A stretch of DNA of 63,123 nucleotides, counting the filler, from Octopus bimaculoides (lineage: Eukaryota), in assembly GCF_001194135.2 (NCBI RefSeq). It is 6 parts of 6 records of this genome, joined end to end, with 100 filler letters (N's around TTAATTAATTAA, not from the genome) between each part and the next. Parts side by side here need not be neighbours in the genome. Positions count along the whole stretch, not along the records: positions 1 to 22,333 come from NC_068997.1; 5 more parts are not named here. One strand, given 5' to 3'. How positions within the stretch are numbered: the stretch's first letter is position 1; the number at the start of each line of letters is the position of its first letter. The notes beneath the pieces were generated by a model that saw nothing but the letters and a program-made list of their open reading frames with translations, made no database searches and was not told the DNA's origin. Shown in pieces: positions 1 to 11,463 of the stretch. Position numbers and translations under genes: made by a program.

Positions 1-99
1 GTGTGCCGTATGTTGGGTGAGTGTCTTCTAGAATAACTACGAATCGACCTGTGTCTTGCGAGTAATGTCGCTAAACGAAAGCGGTGTGCACGTCTGTCA

Positions 100-392
100 T
101 GCATGCGTATGTGTGTCTGTGTGTGTTTGTCTGTGTTTGTATTGGGCGGGGGGGGGTGTATGTGTGTGTGTGTGTGTGTGCTTGTGTTTGTCAGTGTCTC
201 CACCTTTTGACAGATGGTGTTGGCTTGTTTAGGACTTCGTAACGTAGCGGTTCTGCTAAAGTAACCGCGAGAATACGTGCCAAGTTTTAAAAAGTAAACC
301 CACGATCGACTTCTTCGACTAAAACCTTGAAGGGTGTACCCCAGCATGGCCGCAATCCAATGACAGAATCAGGTAAAAAAAACAAAAAAAAA
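100..392 (+). mobile_element. SINE family D, 3' half
   Basis: Internal TG microsatellite, then ..GTAACGTAGCGGTTC..CCCAGCATGGCCGCA..AATGAC tail. Confidence 0.75.
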
Positions 393-688
393 AATGAAAG
401 ATAATATGATTCCCCGCCCTGTTCTTCAAACACCCCCAAAACAATGGGAAACCTCACGTAGTCGTTTGACTTGACAGAAATAGCAACCAAATTTTACTCA
501 ATTAAAACTCTGCTCTTATGAAGGATACAGTAATATTGCCTGAGGTAAATCGCTTCTGAACAAACGGAATGGCAATGGCAAGATTGTTCATGATCATCGA
601 TGTGCTTGAACAAAGCTGATCAAGATCTAAAAGGATAACGATAAGACGTCAAACAATAAAAACGTAGATCTTAACAGTAATACCCACC

Positions 689-729
689 ACTTCCTCGAGG
701 GGTACTTCCTCGAGGGGTACTTCCTCGAG
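689..729. repeat. 15-bp minisatellite (ACTTCCTCGAGGGGT) x2.7
   Basis: Units start at 689, 704 and 719. Confidence 0.95.
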
Positions 730-1083
730 TTTCTGAACAATACTCACTGATATTTAAACAGAAAGGAGGTTGCCTGTAATTAGAAAAATCCACCCTTATC
801 ACACAAGGTGTTGCATTGATTCTGTTTAAGGAGTACATTAAGAGTACATCTGAATTATTCTATTCCTTGCAGTGTAACTAAACGGGTATGCTTGTGTATA
901 TATATATATATGTGAGGGATGTGTGTGTGTATATCTCTTAGTATCTATAAAGCATATGCAAATGTATGGCTATAAATACATACGCACACACACACACACA
1001 CACACACACGTATGTATCTGGTGGTGTATGTGCGTATGACTATGTATATGTACTTTTTCATGTCCATTTGTGAGTATACATGA

Positions 1084-1122
<39 letters not shown>

Positions 1123-1521
1123 TGCGTCATTGTCGTTTCGTGGGTTACAGAGCGCCGGACTACTTGTATTACATTGTTCAGTTTCATCCCTCTGGTTTCT
1201 GAGATCAAATCCCGCAGAGGTCGACCTTGGCTACCATCCCACGGGCCCCATAACCTGTGCATTAAAAATACAATCGGCACAACTACGGAGCCTTTCAACA
1301 ATAGTCATAACGTAAATTAGCAAAGCACTCTGTCGAGAGAAAATGGTGAGCAGGCACGGAGCTGCCCCAGCGTGGCCGCAGCTGTCTAGTTGAGACTAGT
1401 AAAAAGAGAAAAGGAAACACGTGTATGAATGTATAGGTGAGTTTATACATGTATGTCTGAACATAAATGTGTGAGTTTATGTATGTATGTATGTATGTAT
1501 GTATGTATGTATGTATGTATG

Positions 1522-1740
1522 CATGTGGGGGTTTGTGGCTTAGTGGTTAGTGGGTTGGACTCATGATCGTAAAATTGTGTGTTCGATTCTTTGACCAGGC
1601 AAACCACTTCATTCCACTTTAGTCCAATCCATTCAGCAAGCAAAAATGAGTCACCCAGAGACTGGTTGGCGTCCCATCTAGGACGTGAGTATTTAGCCAT
1701 AGAATCAGGGAAACCGGCGCTATGACTCGGGTCGGACCTT
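1522..1740 (+). mobile_element. tRNA-headed SINE family C
   Basis: A-box GTGGCTTAGTGGTTAG, B-box GTTCGATTC, body CATTCAGC..AAAAATGAGT..GACTGG.GCGTCCCATC. Confidence 0.65.
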
Positions 1741-1891
1741 TGGATAAGAATTTATATATGCTTCCGAACCACATGGTTTCTGGTTCAGTCCCACTGCATG
1801 ACAACTTGGGCAACTGTCTTCTATTTTGGCCTCGGGCCGACCAAAGCCTTGTGGAGTGGATTTAGAAGACGGAAACTGAAAGAAGCTCGTC

Positions 1892-1965
<74 letters not shown>

Positions 1966-2075
1966 GTGTGCGTGTTTGTGTGTGTGGCTTTGTGTCTATG
2001 TTTATCCCCCCATTGCTTGACAACCGGTGTTGGTGTGTTTATGTCCCCATATATTAGCAATTCCGTCAAAGAGAC
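1741..2075 (+). mobile_element. SINE family D (CORE-like motif, internal (TA)n)
   Basis: AACCACATGGTT..GGTTCAGTCCCACTG..CTTGGGCAA.TGTCTTCTA..GCCTCGGGCCGACCAAAGCCTTGTG..GACGGAAACTGAAAGAAGC. Confidence 0.85.
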
Positions 2076-2434
2076 TGTTGTGATGTGGGTGTTTTCCTCA
2101 GTTGTAATGTGTGGCCACTGTTGTGACTGTAGCTGTCGTGGCTACTCTAGTAGCCATGATGTTTTCTTGGTATTGGATTCAGTGTATCTCTTCTATACCG
2201 GAATGGTAATACATAACTTCGTCTATCGTGCTATCATTGATACCTCTGCAACACACCGACTTTGAACCCTCAACCTTGACTGTCACTCGAATAATACGCA
2301 CCTGACACTTAACTCCAACTGAGAACTTGTACAACGACTCCACAATGACTGACACACCACTCTCTACACTGGTTGATCTCGTCTCACTATGTAGAGGCTG
2401 TCCTGTGGAAGAGGTGTATTATTTCCACTACAAT

Positions 2435-2472
<38 letters not shown>

Positions 2473-2653
2473 TAGACTCTTCATTAACGTTAATTATTGA
2501 TGTTAATGAAATCATTTGAGACTAATATTTATATGTTCATTGAAGTTTTTCTTTGTCAATTAGTTTACTATGTCAGTTCTGAAGAATTATTTTCGCATCA
2601 CCACTTTACGTTTCACGCCATCTACTATCTCGTGTGTTTGTGTNNNNNNNNNN

Positions 2654-2723
<70 letters not shown>

Positions 2724-2724
2724 C

Positions 2725-2755
<31 letters not shown>

Positions 2756-3273
2756 GTGTAGATGTGCCTGCCTGCGTGTACACAGTGTCTTTCTACATTA
2801 TAAAACTACGAACAAAAAATCAATATTTAGACCAAATGCTTAATATATCGGTTATAATTCTGATAAGTATTTCGTTAATTCAAGACTTTATATCCTTGAG
2901 AGAGACTTGAGGCAGAAGTCTCCAAACTGTATATCGCTTCTCCTTACAATGTCAACGATTTCTAGGGGCGGAAGAATTTTAAAAGAATGTTTCAGCTGTG
3001 AAATATATTTAAAAATCTGACGATTCTCTGGCACGTAAGTAGACATCAGATTTGTGACACGTGAAATGAAGTTTAATTACCATGAGAATTGAATAAATGT
3101 GTCACGAAAACGTTTTGGTTTTGAAAAGTGTGTTGCCAATGTGAAAAGTCTGGAAACCTCTAAGTCAATGATTGCTCTTAGAGAATCCTTTGGGTAATCA
3201 AAAGACAAGAATGCAAGAGCTGTAATTGCGACACTTTTCTTACTCGGGTGTATTCTTGATTGATATTTACATA

Positions 3274-3313
<40 letters not shown>

Positions 3314-3720
3314 ATATGCATATANNNNNNNNNNNNNNNNNNNNNNNNNNNNNNNNNNNNNNNNNNNNNNNNNNNNNNNNNNNNNNNNNNNNNNNNNNNN
3401 NNNNNNNNNNNNNNNNNNNNNNNNTATATAAGTGTGTATTTGTGAAATTCTTGATTGTACAAATTTATGTATGTCTTTATATCATTATATGTTTGCGAAT
3501 GTGTATACATACATGCACAAATTTATGCTTGCAGAGTCGAAGGCGTAAATATGATTGTCTATACACATAAAATATATATACAATATGTATATTTTTACCT
3601 TTTTTTCACCTATGTATAGAAGCGCCCTTGTGTTCATGTATATATGCTTGCTTAAGTTGTATGTCCGTACTCCTCGTGTTTTTCGTCTGAGAATGTACGT
3701 ATGTTGCATGCGTGTAGGCT

Positions 3721-4062
<342 letters not shown>

Positions 4063-4606
4063 AAGCTATTACATTCTGCAACTGATGATGATATCCACGA
4101 ACAATGGTGAGTGTAATAAACTTTTGTCTTTCATGTTTTATATTCCATCCTAAGACGTTTCACACTGCTGCTGCTCTGGCCGTTACTGCTTCACCTGTAG
4201 TCGATGCTGCTGCTGATGCTGCTGCTGATGCTGCTTCTGCTGCCGCCGGTGCTACTGCGGCTCCCCGTGTAATCCATGTCTTTAAAAATGAGATGCTTTC
4301 TGCATTAATCATCATTTATGATTGCAATAACAATGATAATAATTTCTTTATTAGTTTACGATTTGTCTTTGTTGCTGATGTTGTATCTTTTTTTTTATAT
4401 TGTTTTTTTTTTTATTTTTGCTAACTCAATTCTCTCAGAAATATTATTATTATTATTATCCATAACATTATTCATCATTTATCTAAATTTTTTTTCTTTT
4501 TAATATATAATTGCTGTCAATTACTCTCCGTCTTTTTCTCATCAATAATTCCTTCATATATATATAATATAATATATTTATTTATTTATTAATTTGTTTT
4601 ATTTAT

Positions 4607-5404
4607 CTATTCAGTTAGTGGGCTTGGTGAACTGGATAACGAACTATCTCTTTTTCTTTGTAGCCGCTCGTAGCAGTCTTTATAATAGTCTCTCTCACGT
4701 GTAACCAGTCCAATTTGGCGTTGTATAACTGACAACTGTTGCTGCAAAGATTTGTTCGTCCGCTCCAACTCGTTTCGCTGTTGCATGCGTTTTGAACGAC
4801 AATTTTGGGCGTAACCCCTATTTTTCAGCGTCCTACGTTTCTGTTTCAAACGACTCACTTCGTCTTTCGGAAACCCGTGTAGCCGCTTATTGAGGTCACG
4901 TACCGGCAGCGATACCAGTTCGTCATCATTGAGCTCACATTTGGCGAGATCGGGCGACGAACGCGCTTTGAAGCTCCTTTTTATACACACTGATGATGAT
5001 GATGCGGACGTTGATGAAGATATGGACGAAGTGCTGTTTTTCCTTGACTGGCTTCTGCTGCTTCCCAAATTCGGGTTTGGTGAGGAGTTGCTTAGAAACA
5101 AATCTAACACTCCGTTCTGAGATATGTCGTGATTGCTGTGTGTGTTTGTGAACCAGTAGATTTCCTCCATGAAGTTTTTAACGGGTGGCTGCAAGCTGGT
5201 CACGTCCGGAGACGCTGATGACATGCTCGACTCTCCATCATCGGGACTGGTCGGTGCCGATTGGGAACACTCCGATATATTACTACAGCATGTGCTTGAG
5301 AAACGATCCTTGTCGGACTCCATTTTAATTACTGGTACCATCTCCAGTTGTTCCAGATCAAAGTCTGTGATATACTCATCTGTCAGATGCTGTGTCGACT
5401 CCAT
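4607..5404 (-). CDS. maf: Large Maf bZIP transcription factor (MafA/MafB/c-Maf/NRL/traffic jam family), 265 aa, single coding exon
   Basis: EHR plus basic region [47 protein letters not shown] is a near-exact Maf signature, including the Maf-specific Tyr in RGYA, followed by a leucine zipper ending RERDYYK. Large-Maf N-terminal motifs are present: YITDFDL (cf. YVNDFDL), IKME SUMO site, SAPTSP, EEIYW (cf. EDLYW). In-frame TGA at 5425-5423 upstream of the ATG; TAG stop at 4609-4607. Confidence 0.97.
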   Translation of the reverse strand: MESTQHLTDEYITDFDLEQLEMVPVIKMESDKDRFSSTCCSNISECSQSAPTSPDDGESSMSSASPDVTSLQPPVKNFMEEIYWFTNTHSNHDISQNGVLDLFLSNSSPNPNLGSSRSQSRKNSTSSISSSTSASSSSVCIKRSFKARSSPDLAKCELNDDELVSLPVRDLNKRLHGFPKDEVSRLKQKRRTLKNRGYAQNCRSKRMQQRNELERTNKSLQQQLSVIQRQIGLVTRERDYYKDCYERLQRKRDSSLSSSPSPLTE

Positions 5405-5447
5405 TGAGTAAAGTAACGAGATTCACCCCTCCTCTTTTTCTTTGGAT

Positions 5448-5495
5448 CTGGGTCACCGTCAGACAGTACCGGAAAAGAAAAGAAAAAGGAGAAAG
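5448..5495 (-). other. Candidate 3' splice acceptor for a 5'-UTR intron of maf
   Basis: Minus strand reads TCTTTCTCCTTTTTCTTTTCTTTTCC...CCCAG|ATCC. The first AG after the polypyrimidine tract is 43 nt upstream of the ATG. No transcript evidence. Confidence 0.4.
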
Positions 5496-5674
5496 AATAT
5501 AAATACGTATATCCGTGTAGATATAATAAAATGTAATATAGTATAATATTGCACAGTATAATATCATATATATATGCAACAAAATGTCTGTAAACTAGAA
5601 ACGCCTGAATTAATATTACCCTTAACGAAATTAGAATCCCAATGAAGAACAATCACGCATTATCAATGTAAAGA

Positions 5675-5849
5675 CATGGACAGAAAGACAGAAAGACTGA
5701 CAGATAGATAGACAGACAAACAGATAGACAGATAGACAGACAGATACACAGACAGACAGACAGATATATAGATAGACAAACAGACAGGCAGATAGATAGG
5801 CAGACAGACAAACAGATAGACAGATAGATAGATCGACAGACAGACAGAC

Positions 5850-5920
<71 letters not shown>
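5675..5920. repeat. (GACA)n/(GATA)n compound microsatellite upstream of maf
   Basis: Directly visible. Confidence 0.95.
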
Positions 5921-5929
5921 AAAATGAAC

Positions 5930-6040
5930 ACCTTTAACCACAAAGGCAAGGAATATCGCAGAAAATCAGTGCGCATTTTATGGCAGCAGTCGCAGTGTTT
6001 GGTTTAGAGCCAAGGGGCGGCTGAAATACTTTTATGCTTC
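5930..6040 (-). promoter_or_regulatory. Possible maf core promoter / first exon
   Basis: Unique island with a GC box (GGGGCGG 6014-6020), TATA-like CATAAAA on the minus strand (5982-5976) and a weak AAG|GT donor at 5931. Motif-only inference. Confidence 0.2.
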
Positions 6041-6683
6041 ATAAGATGAATTCAAATCGTCTTTTACAAAATAGTTTCCGTGAGTTAACCGTGTTTGCTA
6101 AGGTTACAGTGCATTTCAAATGTGCTCTCTTTATATTAGTTTGAAACTTAAGATACAGTTCTTCACCAGACATGTCAACTAACCCGTTATTGATCGGATT
6201 TATACCAAATATTGCTGCCTGTACTGGTTCCATTGAAGGCAGTGATCATCGGGATAAGATACTTCTAACAAACTTTGAATTACATTGCAATGTTTTTTTT
6301 TTAATTGAAAGATTAGAATTTTGGTTGAGGAAATGTATCACAGGATTTCATAAAATGGTTAACTTGCTGCACAAGATTTGTTTAATAAACTCAAACGCTC
6401 TTTTATTGTTAAATCCTTCAAAATCTTAACACTTTCAGATAACTTTTACCCTGACATAATGGAGTCATAAAATAGGCATAGCCGCACAGTTTCTCGTAAG
6501 TTACAAGGAATAACATGACGGACTTTGAACCAGATATTTAAACTCTCTAATGTGTAATCGATATTTGATTACAGTCGTAAAAAATTGACTTCCAGTACAA
6601 GAACGGTGAAACCGTATGAAATATTTCTCTTCTAGAATTTTCAGAAGGAAGATCCTATCAGGTATATTTATGATATAAATCTA

Positions 6684-6896
6684 AGGCAGCGAGCTGGCAG
6701 AAATGTTAGCACGCCGGACGAAAAGCTTTGCGGTGTTTTGTCTATCTTTATATTCTGAGTTCAAATTCCACCGATGTCAACTTTACCTCTCATCTTTTCG
6801 GGGTCGATAAATTAAGTACCAGTTGCGTACTGGAGTCGATCTAATTGACTGGCCCCCTCCCCCAAAATTTCTGGCCTTGTACCTAGAGTAGAAAGG
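6684..6896 (+). mobile_element. tRNA-headed SINE family A, full copy with about 12-bp TSD
   Basis: GGCAGCGAGCTGGCAGAA head, B-box GAGTTCAAATTCC, tail ...CCTTGTACCTAGAGTAGAAAG. Flanks GATATAAATCTA / GATATAAAGCTA. Confidence 0.85.
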
Positions 6897-7316
6897 GATA
6901 TAAAGCTATTGACTATCTACATTTCATTATTCCAGTCCAGATGTTCCATATAATAACGACGGGATCGAATCACTTTATAAAACGTAAAAATAAAATGAAG
7001 GAAAAACTAGACTAATTTAGAGCACCATTGCCATAAATATAATAATGGTAATTTAATAAGATATATGGAATAATATAAAATGATACAATTTATATTTAAT
7101 TTTATATGGCGATATTTAAATAATATTAGCTTTACATTAATATTCTATATGTACCCACTTGTAATAAGAGAAGATTTAAGAGCGAAATTCTGTAACAGAT
7201 GTATTCATTGTCCTTCTCTGAAGTTGTGTGCGAAACAGCACTTTAGTATATCAATAAATACTTATAAATTAGTTATAGCTGTTTTATGAAACCCGGTTAA
7301 ACATATGTTTATTTTA

Positions 7317-8551
7317 TTAGGTTGGAAAAAAAAGCCCTGTCACATTTTATTAATTTGAGGGTACTTTATCAATACTTGCGATAAAATAAGCATTAATTTT
7401 TACCTCCTAACAGTTCTTTTCTTTTTCTCTAACGCAGATTACTTTATAGTGTTGTGGTTCAATTCGTATTGATTTTACCCGTTTAAAATGAATTCAGATC
7501 AAACCTATAAATGAAACAGCTTTCTGAATGAATTCAAAAGGACACTTCAGTAATGGAAGCGCCAAGAAATACTCGTTTTGTCTATGGAAACGAAGCTTTA
7601 AGTATCCAGCGATGCCGACGATGGTTTGAACAGTTTCTCGCTGAAAATTTTTCTGTCGACCAAGTTCTCACAATATGAAGATATCTGAAAACCGTAGTCG
7701 AGAAAAATCCATAGCAAAGGGCACAGGAAACAACAGATCAATTCAATTCAAGTCACACTTCGATCATAAAGCATTTTCGTGAGCTATGAGGAGTCTCAAC
7801 TTTGTCAATGGATCATTCATCATCTGACTGCTTCTCAATTTCTTGAAAAAAACTGCCCCCTGTTTGTCATTGAACTTATTCTGGATACAAATCATCGTAA
7901 AAGATGTGAAGCGGATTTTCTAAAATCATACCCAACCGAAACTAGAACGGTTAACTCGCAATAAAGAAGGAGAATCCACACCGCCCAAAGCATGACTATA
8001 CATAAAAAAAAGTTATGCTCTACGTTTGCTGGGATGTGAAAGGTGTCATCTGTCAGGAAGTGCTAGACCAAAACGAAGCAGTTAATGTAGAGAAGTATTG
8101 TCGTCTCTTAGAAGCATGGCACAAAAAGTGCAGAAAAAGTGCGCATCATCGGTCTTTTGTAAAATTGTGTTGCTCTCACTCGATAATGTAAGACGCATAT
8201 TGACCCAGGAAAAGGTTCTAGCACTAAATGCGAAAGTTGTGCTCTGACCTCCTTACGCTCTAGACTTTGCTTCAGCAGACGACTATCTTTTCAGATTATT
8301 GCAGCTTCATTTAGAAAGAATGTAGGTTATTAATTGTGAAGACTTTAAAAGGAATACTGACTTTTTTTTTTTACTTCGAACCGACACAATTTTAAGCCCG
8401 TAGAATCAACAATTTGTCAAATAGATGTTATCGATAGTGAGGGGAAATAAAAATAATACCTTGATTGAACATATCAATTAAGACCAAAGATGGGTCGGAC
8501 TTTTTTTATTTCCCATCTTTAATTTCGACAGGACTTTTATTCCAGCCTAGC
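7317..8551 (+). mobile_element. Full-length degenerate mariner (D,D34D-type) transposon
   Basis: TIRs TAGGTTGGAAAAAAAAGCCCTGTC at about 7318 and inverted TAGGCTGGAATAAAAGTCCTGTC at about 8527-8549, about 1.23 kb apart, with a left TA. Broken transposase motifs: VYGNEALSIQRCRRWFEQF, KKVMLYVCWDVKGVI, DNVRRI, PPYALDFASADDYLFRLLQ. Confidence 0.9.
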
Positions 8552-8846
8552 AGAATTTAATTGCAACATAGAGTGGGTGGATGGTGGTGGTGGTGGGATA
8601 TTTTAGTAAGAAATACAGTAACGAAAAGGCAAGCTTCCAATGGAAAATAATGGTATTCAACAAAGTTTTTGAACACTCAAGCATTAATAGATTTGAATAG
8701 GGTGAACAGACGATATGGTGAAAGCAGGAGTCTTCAGATTTTTTTTATTAGTGTGGGGTCCGGGAAATTGAGGAGTGACGTGTTAGCTCGTACACCTGGA
8801 GAGCAGCCCGATAGACAGACAGACAGACAGATAGATAGATAGATAT

Positions 8847-8910
<64 letters not shown>

Positions 8911-9347
8911 TCAAGACAGATAGAAGAAATGTGTAGTGTTCACACTTCAGCTGCTACTACAGTCGCTTAGTTGCAGATACTGAAATTTATATAATACATT
9001 CCGAAATGTATGTGTGTGTGTCTGCGTGTGTATTTGTGTGTTATTGCGAATGTCTCTGTTTACACATACATACATACATACATACATACATACATACATA
9101 CATACGTATATGTGTATGTGTATGCATATGGTTGTGTGCGTTCGTATATGCGCATGCGTTTGTGTATATGTCTATGTACAATGTGCCTATTTGTATCTGT
9201 GTCTCTCAGCCAATGTTTGTGCGTGTGTATAAACGTCTATGCATGTCCACCATTAAATTTCACTTTTGTTCACGTCAAAAGGGTGAAAGAGAAAGAAGAG
9301 AACGAGAGACAGGCTCAAAGAGAGTCACAGAGCTAGAGCAAAAGAGG

Positions 9348-9392
<45 letters not shown>

Positions 9393-9877
9393 TGTGTGCG
9401 TGTGTGTGTGTGTGTTATAAGCAGTGATGGTGGATTACATGGACGCCATGTGTGCATACAGGAAGTATGTTTTCAAGGGATCACAATCAGAAGAAGGTTC
9501 ATTAAGACCTAATGATGGAAACAGTTAATTAGCAGATTAATTAAAACTGCACGCAAGTTATTTAATTACAAAATGACGATCTACTGAGTGTTATTAAGTA
9601 CATATACGGACATATATGGGAATGTATGCATACATATACAAATATGTGTGTATGTGTATATATATGTGTATATCATATATATATATGCATGTGTATGTAT
9701 GCATGTGTGTGTATGTATGATCGTATGTATATACAGTGTATTTCTCATACGTAATTTCAATTCAATAAAGTTTTAAGCTCCATGATATGTGTGTGTGTAT
9801 CTGTCTGTGTATATATATGTGTGCGTATATATATGTGTGCGTACATATATGTGTGTGCGTGTGTGTTTCTATGTATA

Positions 9878-9917
<40 letters not shown>

Positions 9918-10244
9918 NNNNNNNNNNNNNNNNNNNNNNNNNNNNNNNNNNNNNNNNNNNNNNNNNNNNNNNNNNNNNNNNNNNNNNNNNNNNNNNNNNN
10001 NNNNNNNNNNNNNNNNNNNNNNNNNNNNNNNNNNNNNNNNNNNNNNNNNNNNNNNNNNNNNNNNNNNNNNNNNNNNNNNNNNNNNNNNNNNNNNNNNNNN
10101 NNNNNNNNNNNNNNNNNNNNNNNNNNNNNNNNNNNNNNNNNNNNNNNNNNNNNNNNNNNNNNNNNNNNNNNNNNNNNNNNNNNNNNNNNNNNNNNNNNNN
10201 NNNNNNNNNNNNNNNNNNNNNNNNNNNNNNNNNTGCATGCATAA

Positions 10245-10321
<77 letters not shown>

Positions 10322-10724
10322 AGCATCTCCTTATGACTGGCAATCAAACAGTTGGTTCAACTTTCACAAATAATGATTTTCCCAACGATTGTAGAATTAA
10401 CACGTGTCTCCCTGGTTGATCAGCAAGAGTTCCTGGCTGCTGCTTGTAGATTCAAATATGGCGGTTTTTCGTTCAATTGAGAAGGAAATCACTGCAGTAT
10501 ACGGCCTGACTCTATGTGTAATAGTTTGACAAATATTATGTCATGTGTTATATCACGTGGTATGATAAACGCCGAGCGATTTCAGGATCCTGGATTCAGT
10601 GATATTATTATTTTATTGTTTGTTGTTTGTTAGGGCTTTTTTTAGGTTTATTTTGGATCCAAATAGTCTCAGATGTTTGGGCATATTTTCTCTACTCGTT
10701 TTTCGCAACAATAACAATCATAAT

Positions 10725-10945
10725 TCTTTCTACGTTAAGCCACAAGGCCTGAAACTGGGGTGGCTGGGGGATAGTCGGCTACATCAACCTCAGTATTCAA
10801 CTGGTAGTTATTTCATCTATTCCTCGTGTAATTGAGAGGCAAAGTCGACGTCGGCGACATTTGAACTCAGAACGTAGAGACAGACGAAATACCGCGAAGC
10901 ATTGAATCCGGCATACTATCGACTCTGCCAGCTCGCAACTTTGTC
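10725..10945 (-). mobile_element. SINE family A
   Basis: Reverse complement of the family A consensus; first copy of a head-to-tail dimer. Confidence 0.8.
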
Positions 10946-10952
10946 CCCACCT

Positions 10953-10985
<33 letters not shown>

Positions 10986-10986
<1 letters not shown>

Positions 10987-11203
10987 TCCTTTCTACTGAA
11001 GGCACAATGCTTGATATTTTGTGGGGAGGGGACTAGTCGATTACATCGACCCCAGTGTTTCACTGGTACTTAATTTATCGACCCCCGAATGGATGAGAGC
11101 AAAGTCGACCACGGTGGAATTTGTACTAGGAACGTATCGACGGGCGAACTACTGCTAAGCATTTTGGCCAGCGTGCTAAAGATTCTGCCAGCTCACAGCC
11201 TTC
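10986..11203 (-). mobile_element. SINE family A, flanked by (AAT)n on both sides
   Basis: GATCCTTTCTAC...GAATTTG...CTGCCAGCTCACAGCC lies between AAT tracts at 10958-10985 and 11206-11222. Confidence 0.85.
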
Positions 11204-11234
11204 ATATAATAATAATAATAATGATGATGACACT

Positions 11235-11276
<42 letters not shown>

Positions 11277-11325
11277 NNNNNNNNNNNNNNNNNNNNNNNN
11301 NNNNNNNNTATATATACATATATTG

Positions 11326-11356
<31 letters not shown>

Positions 11357-11404
11357 GTATTATATATATGTGCATACACATACATTTATACAGATAAAGA
11401 ACGG

Positions 11405-11463
<59 letters not shown>

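Noticed and set aside
1522-1600. tRNA gene at A-box/B-box matches (also 6684, 15700-15790, 21161, 53740-53815)
   Set aside because: These are tRNA-derived SINE heads continuing into SINE bodies; no complete cloverleaf is evident.
4104-4424. Ala-rich plus-strand ORF (Gln-rich on the minus strand) downstream of maf
   Set aside because: It derives from a (GCT)n-type tract, probably in or near the maf 3'UTR; no domain and no convincing splice context.
5095-5115. GVLDL in Maf as a CtBP-binding PxDLS motif
   Set aside because: It lacks the Pro and the final Ser; not supportable.
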